From Gammaproteobacteria bacterium (GTDB taxonomy: Bacteria > Pseudomonadota > Gammaproteobacteria > JABABF01), in assembly GCA_965237805.1 (NCBI GenBank), contig OZ250153.1, positions 768,001 to 832,000 of the forward strand: DNA of 64,000 nt, written 5' to 3'. Of this stretch, positions 9,600-19,520 are shown in pieces. The translations under genes and the position numbers were made by a program. Each line of letters starts with the position of its first letter. Positions within the stretch are counted from its first letter, which is position 1. Under the pieces are notes generated by a model. That model worked only from the letters and a program-made list of their open reading frames with translations. It was not told the origin of the DNA and did no database searches.

Positions 9600-10769
9600 A
9601 TGAAGTTCTCGATGATCTTCGAGGCGCAAATGGTCGACACCTCGCGCGCCTCGGAACAGCAGGTCTTCATGGACTGTGTCGAGCAGGCCGTGCTGGCCGA
9701 GCAGATGGGCTTCGATGGCATCTGGGCAGTGGAGCACACCTCGCTGACCCAGTACGCCCACATGAGCGCCCCGGAAACCTTCCTCGCCTTCGTCGCTGGC
9801 AAGACCTCGCGGCTGGAGATCGGCCACGGCGTGGTCTGCCTGCCGCCGGCAATGAATCACCCGATCAAGGTGGCCGAGCGTATCGCCACGCTGGACATCC
9901 TGAGCGGCGGGCGCGTGCAATTCGGCATGGGCAAGGGCGGCACCCAGCAGGAGGCCGGAGCCTTCGGCAATCAGCTGGAGGATCTGCAGGAGCAGGTCGA
10001 CGAGGTCATGTACCTGATCCCGCGCATGTGGGAGGAAGGCGACTTCAGCTGCGAGGGCAAGCATGTGACAGTGCCGCCGCGGCCGATCCATCCCAAGCCC
10101 TTGCAGCAGCCGCACCCGCCGCTGTACTTGGCATGCACCCGCACCGAATCGCTCTTGACCGCCGGTGGGCGCGGCCTCGGTGCACTGGTGCTGGGCTTCG
10201 GCGGGCCGGAGGACATCGCCCAGAAGAACGCCAGCTACCGCCGCGCCTTCGCCGAGCGCCGCGTCGAGGATCAGGTCGGCAAGCTGCCCACCGAGCACCT
10301 CAGCGCGCTGTGCCCGGCCATCGTGCTACCGGACGGCGAAGAGGCACGGCGTATCGGCCTGCGCGGTCAGCGTTTCTTCGCCGAGTCCATCGGTCATTGG
10401 TACAATGACGGCCCGCTGCCGAGCACTGCAGAGCTCGGCGTCGAGGAGCTCAAAGGTATTTTGGATCAGAGCCGCGAGGAGATCGTGGCCTGGCTCAACG
10501 AAGAGAAGATTCCCATCGGCAGTGAGCACACTGGCATGTACAACACCAACAACGCCTACGGCACCCCAGCAGACGCCATCACCTATGTGCAGCGCCTGAG
10601 CGACGCAGGAGCGGACGAGATCATGTTCCTGCTGCAGATGGGCACGGTACCCCACACCAAGATCATGGAGTCGATCCGACTGATCGGCGAGCGGGTGATC
10701 CCTCATTTCCGCAGTGGCGAATTCGCCGCAGCGGACGCGGCCTTGAACTTGGCTGCTGTCAGCTCATGA
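9600..10769 (+). CDS. LLM-class (luciferase-like) flavin-dependent oxidoreductase
   Basis: AEQMGFDGIWAVEH, HPIKVAERIATLDILSGGR, PKPLQQPHPP motifs. Confidence 0.9.
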   Translation: MKFSMIFEAQMVDTSRASEQQVFMDCVEQAVLAEQMGFDGIWAVEHTSLTQYAHMSAPETFLAFVAGKTSRLEIGHGVVCLPPAMNHPIKVAERIATLDILSGGRVQFGMGKGGTQQEAGAFGNQLEDLQEQVDEVMYLIPRMWEEGDFSCEGKHVTVPPRPIHPKPLQQPHPPLYLACTRTESLLTAGGRGLGALVLGFGGPEDIAQKNASYRRAFAERRVEDQVGKLPTEHLSALCPAIVLPDGEEARRIGLRGQRFFAESIGHWYNDGPLPSTAELGVEELKGILDQSREEIVAWLNEEKIPIGSEHTGMYNTNNAYGTPADAITYVQRLSDAGADEIMFLLQMGTVPHTKIMESIRLIGERVIPHFRSGEFAAADAALNLAAVSS

Positions 10770-11653
10770 GCGCGCGCGATGTCATCGGCAGCGGCAAGGT
10801 CGCTGTCGTCACCGGCGGTGCCAGCGGCATCGGCTTGGGCTTCGCCAAGCAAGCGGCGAGCGAGGGCATGGCCGTGGTGCTGGCCGACAACCGTGCCGAG
10901 CCCTTGGCCGCAGCCGAGGCCCAGCTGCAGGCGACCGGAGCCGAGACCCTCTCGCAGGTGGTCGATGTGCGCAAGCCGGAAGATCTGGAGACACTAGCGG
11001 CAGCTTGCTACGATCGCTTCGGCCAGGTGAACCTGTTGTTCAACAACGCCGGTGTGATGATGGACGGCCTCGCCTGGACCCGCTCGCTGGATGACTGGCG
11101 CTGGTGCATGGATGTGAACCTCTACGGCATCGTCAACGGCGTCAACGCCTTTGTGCCACGCATGCTGGCGCAGGGGGCACCCGCCTGGGTGGTCAACACC
11201 TCCTCGCAGGCCGGCCTGATGGCCAGCCCGGCGCTGGCCGTCTACACCGCCAGCAAGCACGCCGTGCTGGGCCTGAGCGAGTGCCTACTGTTCGACCTGC
11301 AGGGACGCGAGGCCGACATCGGTGTCTCGGTGCTGTGCCCCGGTGGCGTGGCGACCAACCTGATGCAGGATCCACAGCGACCCAAGGAATACGGCACCGA
11401 GGCCCCGCGCGAGGACAGGGGCGAGCAGGCCTTCCACAAGTTCCTGGTGAAGGGTGTGGGCACTGGCATGCCGCCCGAAGAGCACGCTGCTTTGGTTTTC
11501 GACGAGATCAAACGCGGGCTGTTCTGGCTGCTGCCACACAAGGAGTGCCTGCCGATATGCGAGGATCGCGTGCAGAGCATGGTGGATGGGAGAGTGCCGG
11601 AGTTCGGAGGCTTTCCGGATGCGCCGGATGCGGTGGTGCCGCCAGCGAAGTAA
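10766..11653 (+). CDS. Short-chain dehydrogenase/reductase
   Basis: TGGASGIG, NNAG, YTASK motifs; ATGA overlap with the LLM gene. Confidence 0.9.
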   Translation: MSARDVIGSGKVAVVTGGASGIGLGFAKQAASEGMAVVLADNRAEPLAAAEAQLQATGAETLSQVVDVRKPEDLETLAAACYDRFGQVNLLFNNAGVMMDGLAWTRSLDDWRWCMDVNLYGIVNGVNAFVPRMLAQGAPAWVVNTSSQAGLMASPALAVYTASKHAVLGLSECLLFDLQGREADIGVSVLCPGGVATNLMQDPQRPKEYGTEAPREDRGEQAFHKFLVKGVGTGMPPEEHAALVFDEIKRGLFWLLPHKECLPICEDRVQSMVDGRVPEFGGFPDAPDAVVPPAK

Positions 11654-11667
11654 GGGGCGGGCTGCAC

Positions 11668-13872
11668 ATGGTCAAAAAATTACGCACCGGTAGCTGGGGC
11701 AGTGAAACTACTAGACGCCGCCAAGCCAAAAAAGGGAAAAGAGTTAAATCTGTTCCAGAGTTCATGCAATGGGTCACCAGCCTTCCTCCAGGAAAAGCTT
11801 ATTATTTCCGTGGCCTGCAAGACGCCAATTACCACTTGCACTCTGCGCTGTACCGCCGCATACAAGAGCACTACTCCATAGGTGACAAAAGAACATTGCC
11901 AGCCGACGGAACGAACCCACAACCTAGTGTTTCGCGACAAGCGGACAAAGATGCATTGATCAATCGACTAGAGAACCTTCAAGACCTCGCCAAAGCACGG
12001 AACTATAACCGGGAAGCCAATGGTAGAACGATGCATGACTTAGAGCTGATAGGCACATTGCAGCATCACGGAGCTGCGACTCCACTCATGGACTTCAGCA
12101 CTAACCCTCTATTGGCTCTATGGTTCGCTTGCCTGTCTCCATCCAACAAAACCGGCATGGTCTGGGCAGTAGAAACAAGTCTGTCTAACGAACCGGATGA
12201 TGGGGTCATCACGCGGCTTGGAAATCTAGAAAAAGTGGAAACAACAGCTGATCTTCTCACAGGGAAAGACGGATTGCATAGCTGGGAATCAAGATATATA
12301 AATCAACGAAGTTTTGCACAAAATTCTGTGTTTTTATTATCCTGGCCAGAGTTGGAGGAAAGAGCCGATATCGATGGAATCATTCATTGCTGCAGAATCC
12401 TAAAAAAGAGCAAGGGAAACATACTAGACTCTCTTGATAGTATCCATATTAATGCCCCACATGTATTCGATGACCTGTCTGGGTACGCTAGGGAAAATGC
12501 ACATGATAAACCGTACATGAGAAATGATAAAGAACGTGCTATATCCAACGCCATGCCATACTATAAAAATGCAGATTACAAGAAAGCATTGCAACTGATA
12601 GAAGCAGTTCCAGATGGTGATGATGATTACATGATTCTCGATTTCAAAGCAAGTCTTAAACAGGAGATTGGGGAAACAGAAGAGGCCATAGAATGCTATA
12701 AAAAAGCTATCTCGCTCAACAGGCACTCTAGCGTCACCTACTTTAAGCTGGCATTCCTACAAGCAAAACTCGGTGAGAACCAAAACGCCATCAAATCCTA
12801 TGGTCAAGCTATTTCACTCAACCCAAGTGACAGCTCAGCCTACAACAACAGAGCGAACAGCCATCTCGCACTAGGCAACAACCCAAAAGCTATGGCAGAC
12901 TTTAACAAAGCCATCGAACTCGACCCAAGTAACAGCATCGCCTACTATAATAGAGGGAACCTCAAAGTCCAACCAGACAACAACCAAGAAGCCATGCAAG
13001 AAGCCATGGAAGATTTTGACAAGGCTATCGAGCTCGACCCATATGTCAGCGCAGCCTACAACAATCGAGGCCGCCTCAACGCCCAACTAGGCAACAACCA
13101 AAAAGCTCTAGAAGATTTTGACCAAGCCGCCGAGCTTGATCCAAATTTAGGCTCAGCCTATTATAATCGCGGCATCCTCAACACCCGACTAAAGCACCCC
13201 CAAAAAGCTATGGCAGACTTTGATAAAACTATCGAGCTCGAGCCTGATTTCAGCAATGCCTACCGCGACCGAGGACTCCTTAACACCCTACTAAGAAACC
13301 ACCCAGAAGCCATGGCAGACTTTGATAAAACTATCGAACTCAATCCAAATGATAGCACCGCCTACAATACTCGAGGGCACCTCAACGCCCAACTAGGCAA
13401 CAATCCCGAAGCCATGGCAGACTTCGACAAAGCTATCGCACTCAATCCAAATTCTGACTTAGCCTACTACTACCGTGGATTTCTCCACGCCCAACTAAAT
13501 GATAACCAAGAGGCCATGGCAGACTTTAACAAGGCAATCGAACTCGATCCAAATAACAGTGGAGTCTACAATAACAGAGGTAACATCCATACCGAACTAG
13601 GTAACAACCAAGAAGCCATGAAAGATTTTGACAAGGCCATCGAACTTGATCCAAATGACGCTGCAGCCTACAGCAACCGAGGTAACCTCAACGCCTTACT
13701 AGATAAAACCCAAGAAGCCATGGCAGACTTTGACAAAGCCATCGAACTCGATCAAAATTATGCTGCAGCCTACTACAACCGAGCACAATTAAAAGAGGAA
13801 ATGGGTGACCATGCGGGTGCCCAAGGAGATCAAAAAACAGCTGAACTATTAGGGCACAACGCCGAAGACTGA
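11668..13872 (+). CDS. FRG-domain protein fused to about 12-13 TPR repeats
   Basis: YFRG..., LQHHGAATPLMDFSTNPLLALWFA and QRSFAQNSVF FRG motifs, then 34-aa AYxNRG...AMADFDKAIELDP repeats. AT-rich relative to its flanks. Start moved to ATG 11668. Confidence 0.85.
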   Translation: MVKKLRTGSWGSETTRRRQAKKGKRVKSVPEFMQWVTSLPPGKAYYFRGLQDANYHLHSALYRRIQEHYSIGDKRTLPADGTNPQPSVSRQADKDALINRLENLQDLAKARNYNREANGRTMHDLELIGTLQHHGAATPLMDFSTNPLLALWFACLSPSNKTGMVWAVETSLSNEPDDGVITRLGNLEKVETTADLLTGKDGLHSWESRYINQRSFAQNSVFLLSWPELEERADIDGIIHCCRILKKSKGNILDSLDSIHINAPHVFDDLSGYARENAHDKPYMRNDKERAISNAMPYYKNADYKKALQLIEAVPDGDDDYMILDFKASLKQEIGETEEAIECYKKAISLNRHSSVTYFKLAFLQAKLGENQNAIKSYGQAISLNPSDSSAYNNRANSHLALGNNPKAMADFNKAIELDPSNSIAYYNRGNLKVQPDNNQEAMQEAMEDFDKAIELDPYVSAAYNNRGRLNAQLGNNQKALEDFDQAAELDPNLGSAYYNRGILNTRLKHPQKAMADFDKTIELEPDFSNAYRDRGLLNTLLRNHPEAMADFDKTIELNPNDSTAYNTRGHLNAQLGNNPEAMADFDKAIALNPNSDLAYYYRGFLHAQLNDNQEAMADFNKAIELDPNNSGVYNNRGNIHTELGNNQEAMKDFDKAIELDPNDAAAYSNRGNLNALLDKTQEAMADFDKAIELDQNYAAAYYNRAQLKEEMGDHAGAQGDQKTAELLGHNAED
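12832..13850 (+). repeat. Tandem 102-bp TPR-coding repeats (about 10 highly similar units)
   Basis: Recurrent gaagccatggcagactttgacaa..ccatcgaactcga.cc with about 102-bp period; one unit has a 12-bp duplication caagaagccatg at 12985-13008. Confidence 0.9.
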
Positions 13873-14007
13873 CAAAACCAGCTTGCAACATAGCTGAATA
13901 ATCGTCTCGATCAGCTTCCCCACTCGCTATCTCTGCAGCGTGATATTATCCCCATCCCGTTTTCCATCACCAACCAGCCACTCAGCTTAGGCCTCGCAGG
14001 CCGCCCC

Positions 14008-15183
14008 ATGCCCTCCCCCTCCTCCCTCAGCCTCGACTCCATCGTCAATGCCGCCATCACCGCCAGTGGTGGCCACAGCGACTTCGGTGAGCTACCTTTC
14101 CGCGAGGGTCTAGAGCAAGCACTGAATTCACTGGAAACCGAAGCCCAGCTCAACGAAATCGGCCGCCACATCGCCCGCGATCGCATGGTGTTGCATACCA
14201 CCAATCGCCTGCTCTATGTCGCCGATCGCAAAAAGTATCCGGCAATCGCCAAGGAGCAGATCGTCAAGCCGGTATTCATCGTCGGTCTGCCGCGCACCGG
14301 CACCACCATCCTGCACGATATCCTCAGCCAAGATTCGAGCAATCGGGTGCCGATGACTTGGGAGTGTATGTTCCCCTCGCCGCCGCCCGAACGCAGCTCT
14401 TTTGGCAGCGACCTGCGCATCGCTCGGTGTCAGGCCACTTTCCCGGATGTCGAGCAGATGATCCCGGCCTTTAAGACCATGCACCCGATGGGTGCCGAGC
14501 TCTCGCAGGAATGTGTGACGCTGATGGGCGATGCCATGTGCACGCCGCTGTTCCACAACCAGTTCCGTGTGCCCAGTTACCAAGACTGGGTCGATGCCGC
14601 CGACTTCGCGCCGGTCTACGCCTTCCATCAACAGCAATTGCAGCACTTCCAATGGCACTGCTCCGGCGAGCGCTGGGTGCTAAAAACCGGTGCCCACATG
14701 TGGGGCTTGGGGCATCTGCTGCAACGCTATCCGGATGCCCGCATCGTCTTCACCCACCGCGACCCGGTCAAGTCGATGACTTCCTATGCCAGCCTGACGG
14801 CATTGGTGCGCTCAATGGGCTCGGACAGCGTCGACGGCGAGGAAATCGCCGAGGACTGGACGCGGCGCCTAGACCGTGTGCTGAACCATGCCCTCGATGT
14901 GCGCGCGCAACACGCCGCCAGCGCGGCCAAGTTCTACGAGCTGTTCTTCCCCAGCTTCCGCGGCGATCAGTTCGCCGAGGTGGAGCGTATCTACGAGGCG
15001 CTGGGCATCGAGATGAGCGGCGCGGCGGCCGATGCCATGCGCGCTTTCATCGCCGATAACCCGCAGCACAAATTCGGCAAGCACAGCTATACCGCCGCCG
15101 ACTACGGCATCCGGCCACAAGCTGTGCGCGAGACTTTCAAGCGCTATATTCAGCACTTCGATCTGGCCCCAGAGGCGGACTGA
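14008..15183 (+). CDS. PAPS-dependent sulfotransferase family protein
   Basis: PVFIVGLPRTGTT 5'-PSB loop, WVLK, PDARIVFTHRDP motifs. Confidence 0.88.
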   Translation: MPSPSSLSLDSIVNAAITASGGHSDFGELPFREGLEQALNSLETEAQLNEIGRHIARDRMVLHTTNRLLYVADRKKYPAIAKEQIVKPVFIVGLPRTGTTILHDILSQDSSNRVPMTWECMFPSPPPERSSFGSDLRIARCQATFPDVEQMIPAFKTMHPMGAELSQECVTLMGDAMCTPLFHNQFRVPSYQDWVDAADFAPVYAFHQQQLQHFQWHCSGERWVLKTGAHMWGLGHLLQRYPDARIVFTHRDPVKSMTSYASLTALVRSMGSDSVDGEEIAEDWTRRLDRVLNHALDVRAQHAASAAKFYELFFPSFRGDQFAEVERIYEALGIEMSGAAADAMRAFIADNPQHKFGKHSYTAADYGIRPQAVRETFKRYIQHFDLAPEAD

Positions 15184-15241
15184 AGCCCGCCCTCACCCAC
15201 CACGGCTTCGCTCACCAGCACCGCAAGAGGACAAGTAGCCC

Positions 15242-16306
15242 ATGAGTGCGATCCCGCAGACCATGCGCGCTTGGCGCACCCACGAATACGGCCCGCCACA
15301 CGAGGCGCTGAAGCTGGATGAGGTGGATGTGCCGCCGCCCGGCGATGGCGAGCTGCTGGTCAAGGTGGAGGCCATCCCGCTCAATCTCAACGATTTGGAA
15401 CGGGTGATGGGCGGCAATATGATGGTGCGCCCGGAGCTGCCCTACAGCCCGGGCATGGAAACGCTGGGCACGGTCGTGGCCTGCGGCACGGAAGAGGATG
15501 GGCACTGGCTGGGCAAGCGGGTGGCGGCGATGCCCAAGGGTGCCCACGGCGGCTTCGCGGAATACTGCCTGTGCCCGCCGGTCTCGGCCTTCGAGATGCC
15601 CAAAGCGCTGCCCCTGCCGGGGGCGGCGGCGATGTACTTCCCCTTCCACCTGGCCTGGCTGGGGCTGTCCGAACGGGCGGCGGTGCGAGCGGGCGAGACG
15701 GTGCTGATCCACGCCGCCGCTGGCGGGGTCGGCTCGGCGGCGATTCAACTGGCGGTGCACGCTGGTGCCAAGGTCATCGCCACCGTCGGCAGCGAGGCGA
15801 AATTCGCGCTCTGTCGTGAGCTCGGTGCGGCGCGGGTCATCAACTATGACGAAGAGGATTTCGGCAAGGCGGTCATCGAAGAGACCGATGGGCGCGGTGC
15901 CGACATCGTCTTCGACAATGTCGGCGAGGCGGTGCTGGAAAAATCGCTGGCCGCCATCGCCTACAACGGTCGCTATGTCATGATGGGCTTCGCCTCCGGC
16001 AAGGCCGTCGCCGACGAGAAGTTCTTGGTGCCGCGTCGCTTGGCGCTCAGCAACATCAAGCTGTGCACGGTGCTGCTGGCCTACGCCGACGAGGCCACCA
16101 ACACTTTCCTCAAGAACGCCATGGGCTGGAACTTCGTGCCCGAGGCCTTGGGTCGGCGCATGCACGGCGACATCCTCAAGCTGCTCGCAGCCGGAGCCAT
16201 CAAGCCGGTGGTCGGCCAGGTGGTGGACTTCACCGATGTGCCCCAAGCAGTACAGGATATGGCCGACCGCAAGACCACTGGCAAGACGGTGATCACGCTG
16301 GACTGA
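15242..16306 (+). CDS. NADPH:quinone oxidoreductase family (MDR) protein
   Basis: PYSPGME, GETVLIHAAAGGVGSAAIQLA, RKTTGK motifs. Confidence 0.88.
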   Translation: MSAIPQTMRAWRTHEYGPPHEALKLDEVDVPPPGDGELLVKVEAIPLNLNDLERVMGGNMMVRPELPYSPGMETLGTVVACGTEEDGHWLGKRVAAMPKGAHGGFAEYCLCPPVSAFEMPKALPLPGAAAMYFPFHLAWLGLSERAAVRAGETVLIHAAAGGVGSAAIQLAVHAGAKVIATVGSEAKFALCRELGAARVINYDEEDFGKAVIEETDGRGADIVFDNVGEAVLEKSLAAIAYNGRYVMMGFASGKAVADEKFLVPRRLALSNIKLCTVLLAYADEATNTFLKNAMGWNFVPEALGRRMHGDILKLLAAGAIKPVVGQVVDFTDVPQAVQDMADRKTTGKTVITLD

Positions 16307-16446
16307 GCGGCAGCTGTAGTGCGCCCCCGCGCGCCGTGCGGGAGACCGCCCGCCAGCGTGATAACATGCCCTCCCCGGCCACCACGCCGCTCCCCAAGCC
16401 AGCCCTAGGCCGCTCCAATACGACCCGGCACACCGCGAGAATAGCA

Positions 16447-17604
16447 ATGCCCACCTTCGACGCCCAACCCTTCCGCATCGCTGTCTCCGACGAGCAGCTC
16501 GCCGACCTCCACCGGCGGCTGGATCACACCCGCTGGCCCGCCGTGCAGGTCAATGACGAGAACTGGAGCTACGGCACCGATCTCGATTACCTCAAGGATT
16601 TCTGCCGCTACTGGCGACATGAATACGACTGGCGCACCCGCGAGGCGGCCATCAACCGCTTCGATCAGTTCCTCGCCACGGTGGACGGGCAACAGCTGCA
16701 CTTCATCCACCAGCGCTCGCCGCACAAGGATGCCACGCCGATCATCATCACCCACGGCTGGCCGGGCTCCATCGTCGAGTTTCTGAAGATTATCGAACCG
16801 CTCACAGAGCCGGAAAAGCACGGCGGCAGCCCCGCCGATGCCCACCATGTGGTCTGCCCCTCGCTGCCGGGCTATGCCTACTCACCCTCGGCCACCACCC
16901 CCGGCATGACTCCCAAACGCATCGCCGTCCTGCAGGCGCAGCTGATGGCCGCCCTGGGCTATGACAGCTACATCGCCCAAGGCGGTGACTGGGGTTCGAT
17001 GGTCAGCACCGAGCTGGGGCGCCAAGACCCAGAGCACTGTATCGGCGTGCACCTGAATATGGTCATCGGCATCCCCCCTGCGGACAAGGCCGACCCCAAG
17101 GCCGGGCTGTCCAAAGAGGAGCTCGCCCGGGTCGAGCGCGGCGAGGCCTTCCAGAACGATGGCATGGGCTACTTCCACATCCAGAGCACGCGCCCGCAGA
17201 CGCTGGCCTACGGCCTCACCGACTCGCCGGCTGGGCTGGCTGGCTGGCTGCTCGAGAAGTTCCGCTCGTGGAGCGACTGCGACGGCGATGTCGAGCAGAG
17301 CTACAGCCGCGATGAGCTGCTCGACAATATCGCGCTCTATTGGTTCAGCGGCTCGATCGGCTCATCGACGCGCATCTACTACGAGATGATGCACGGCGAC
17401 TTGGGCTTCGAGCGCGTCGAGGTGCCCACCGGGGCGGCGCTATTCCCAAAGGAACTGATGAACGCCCCACGAGCTTGGGCCGATGCCAGCTACAACATCG
17501 TGCACTGGCAATCCTATCCGCGCGGCGGGCACTTCGCCGCGATGGAGCAGCCCGAGCTGCTGGTCGAAGACCTGCGGAAATTCAAGCGGGTGCTGGGTCG
17601 CTGA
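16447..17604 (+). CDS. Epoxide hydrolase (microsomal type, EHN N-terminus)
   Basis: PFRIAV..L.RRL..TRWP, HGWPGS, QGGDWG, GGHFAAMEQP motifs. Confidence 0.9.
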   Translation: MPTFDAQPFRIAVSDEQLADLHRRLDHTRWPAVQVNDENWSYGTDLDYLKDFCRYWRHEYDWRTREAAINRFDQFLATVDGQQLHFIHQRSPHKDATPIIITHGWPGSIVEFLKIIEPLTEPEKHGGSPADAHHVVCPSLPGYAYSPSATTPGMTPKRIAVLQAQLMAALGYDSYIAQGGDWGSMVSTELGRQDPEHCIGVHLNMVIGIPPADKADPKAGLSKEELARVERGEAFQNDGMGYFHIQSTRPQTLAYGLTDSPAGLAGWLLEKFRSWSDCDGDVEQSYSRDELLDNIALYWFSGSIGSSTRIYYEMMHGDLGFERVEVPTGAALFPKELMNAPRAWADASYNIVHWQSYPRGGHFAAMEQPELLVEDLRKFKRVLGR

Positions 17605-17669
17605 CAGCGCCCGGACAAAAGCTGCCCCCGCCATCGTGCGGGCATGATGGGCCGCCACGATGGCAGCGC

Positions 17670-18770
17670 TCAGGGATAGCGGGCGATCGCCTCGGCGGTG
17701 AAGGGATCGATCTCGTCGGCTCGCCCCTGCTGCACTTTCAGCGCCCAGTCGGCGTCGGCCAGAAGCGCCCGCCCCACCGCCACCAAATCGAACTCCGCAC
17801 GCTCGAGGCGCTCCATCAGCTGGTCGAGGGAGGCGACACTGGCCGCCCGGAAAGAGGTGGAATCCAGCCCCACACTGCCCACCGTAATCGCCGGAAGACC
17901 GCTGAGCTTGCGCAGCCAGCCGGCGAAATTGAGCGGGGAATCCTCGAAGGCTGGCTCCCAGTAACGCCGCGTGCTGCCGTGCAATAAATCGACCCCGGCC
18001 TCGACCAGCGGCTCGATCAGCTGCGCCAGCTCGGCCGGGCTGTCGACCAGCCGCGCCTCGAAGTCCTGCTGCTTCCACTGCGAGAGCCGCAGCCCCAGCG
18101 TGTGGTCTGGGCCGAGCGCGGCGCGCACCGCCGACACCACTTCGACGACGAAGCGCAAGCGGCGCTCCAAGCTGCCGCCGTAGGCATCGTCACGCCGGTT
18201 GGTCTCATGCCACAGGAACTCGTCGAGCACATAGCCGTGGGCACCGTGCAGCTCAACACCGTCGAAGCCGGCCGCCACAGCGGCGCGCGCAGACTCGGCA
18301 TAGGCATCGCACAGCGCCGCCAAGTCGGCCGGGGTGGCGATGCGAGGCGGGATGGTGTTCTTGGCATACTCGTTGAGGATGCCCGAGGGCGATATCCCCG
18401 GCACCTCGGGGTCGGGGCCCATGCCAGTCTGCCGAAAACTGCCGACATGCCACAGCTGCGCCATCATCGAGGAGCCAGCTGCGTGCACCGCGTCGACCAC
18501 CGGTCGCCAAGCCGCCACCGCATCGTCACCGAAGCAACGCGACACATGCTCGTAGCTGGCGGCGCTGGGATGGGCGATGTAGCTGCCCTCGGTAATCACC
18601 AAGCCGACGCCGCCACGGGCGCGGCTGGAGTAGTACTCCACCGCCTGCTCGGTGGGAATATCGTCGGGGCTTTGGTAGCGCGACATCGGTGCCATGACCA
18701 CCCGGTTCGGCAGCGACAGCCCGGCACCCTCGAAGGGCTGAAACAGGGCGTTGAGCGCCGCGGCGCTCAT
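17670..18770 (-). CDS. NADH:flavin oxidoreductase (Old Yellow Enzyme family)
   Basis: LPNRVVMAPMSR, QLWHVG, AGFDGVELHGAHGY, TNRRDDAYGGS, VAVGRALL motifs. Confidence 0.9.
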   Translation of the reverse strand: MSAAALNALFQPFEGAGLSLPNRVVMAPMSRYQSPDDIPTEQAVEYYSSRARGGVGLVITEGSYIAHPSAASYEHVSRCFGDDAVAAWRPVVDAVHAAGSSMMAQLWHVGSFRQTGMGPDPEVPGISPSGILNEYAKNTIPPRIATPADLAALCDAYAESARAAVAAGFDGVELHGAHGYVLDEFLWHETNRRDDAYGGSLERRLRFVVEVVSAVRAALGPDHTLGLRLSQWKQQDFEARLVDSPAELAQLIEPLVEAGVDLLHGSTRRYWEPAFEDSPLNFAGWLRKLSGLPAITVGSVGLDSTSFRAASVASLDQLMERLERAEFDLVAVGRALLADADWALKVQQGRADEIDPFTAEAIARYP

Positions 18771-18866
18771 GCGCTCAGACAGCGGAACCGCGCACTGCGG
18801 CGAACAAGGAATGCGGGCACCGGAATCGGCGCAGCGGCACAGCGGGGGAACACGGCGACTGGTCTT

Positions 18867-19520
18867 TTAGCGCACACGCACCAGCGGCGGTGCCGCACCG
18901 CGGCGCATCGTCTCCAAGAACTGCTCCGGCGGTGCTGGCGCAGCCACCTCGGGCAACCCCGCTGGCGGGTTGTCCCAGAACTCGCGCCATGAGGGCCACA
19001 GCGCATGCCAGCCACCCTCGTAGGGCTCGCGCCCCGGCCAACGCATCTTGCGGTCGCCGATCGGCGGGCTGTTGATGTCGGAGGCATACCAGTACAGCGG
19101 CAGGCGGCGGCGGAAGAACCAGCTGCCCTCGCGGCGCTCGTAGTGATCCCAGTACATCATCTGCATCAGCACCCACTCGGCACCGGTCTCGTGCTCGTTC
19201 TTGGAATAGACCACACCGCAGGCACGGTCGGCGCTCTCGAACTCGATGATGTGGCCGCCGACGTGGTGCGATGTGCCAGTGAATTGATTGCGTAGGGTGT
19301 CGTCCAGCCACAGCCGCAGCTCGGCGCGCCCGACGCGCTCCTTGCCGACACGGATGTCATCAACGAAAAGGTTGACATGGGCGTCCAAGTCGCGCATATC
19401 CAAGGACAGCGAGTAACGCGCCGCCAGCTGGCGGATGGCATCCAACGATTCGAGGCGCTCGATGCGCTCGGCCAGCGAGGCATCGGTGCCGATGCGCGGG
19501 ATGCGCTCGATCTCAGCCAT
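18867..19520 (-). CDS. SnoaL/NTF2-like domain protein
   Basis: RLESLDAIRQLAARYSLSLD...HHVGGHIIEF..D.A...YWDHYER...W.F pattern; start overlaps the SDR stop. Confidence 0.8.
   Translation of the reverse strand: MAEIERIPRIGTDASLAERIERLESLDAIRQLAARYSLSLDMRDLDAHVNLFVDDIRVGKERVGRAELRLWLDDTLRNQFTGTSHHVGGHIIEFESADRACGVVYSKNEHETGAEWVLMQMMYWDHYERREGSWFFRRRLPLYWYASDINSPPIGDRKMRWPGREPYEGGWHALWPSWREFWDNPPAGLPEVAAPAPPEQFLETMRRGAAPPLVRVR

Noticed and set aside
11104-11667. N-terminal 188 aa of the listed 922-aa ORF
   Set aside because: It overlaps the SDR gene out of frame; composition changes at about 11668, where the real start most likely lies.
12832-13850. Regularly spaced repeats as a CRISPR array or DGR target
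   Set aside because: The period is 102 bp, in frame and encodes TPRs. There are no unique spacers, cas genes or reverse transcriptase.
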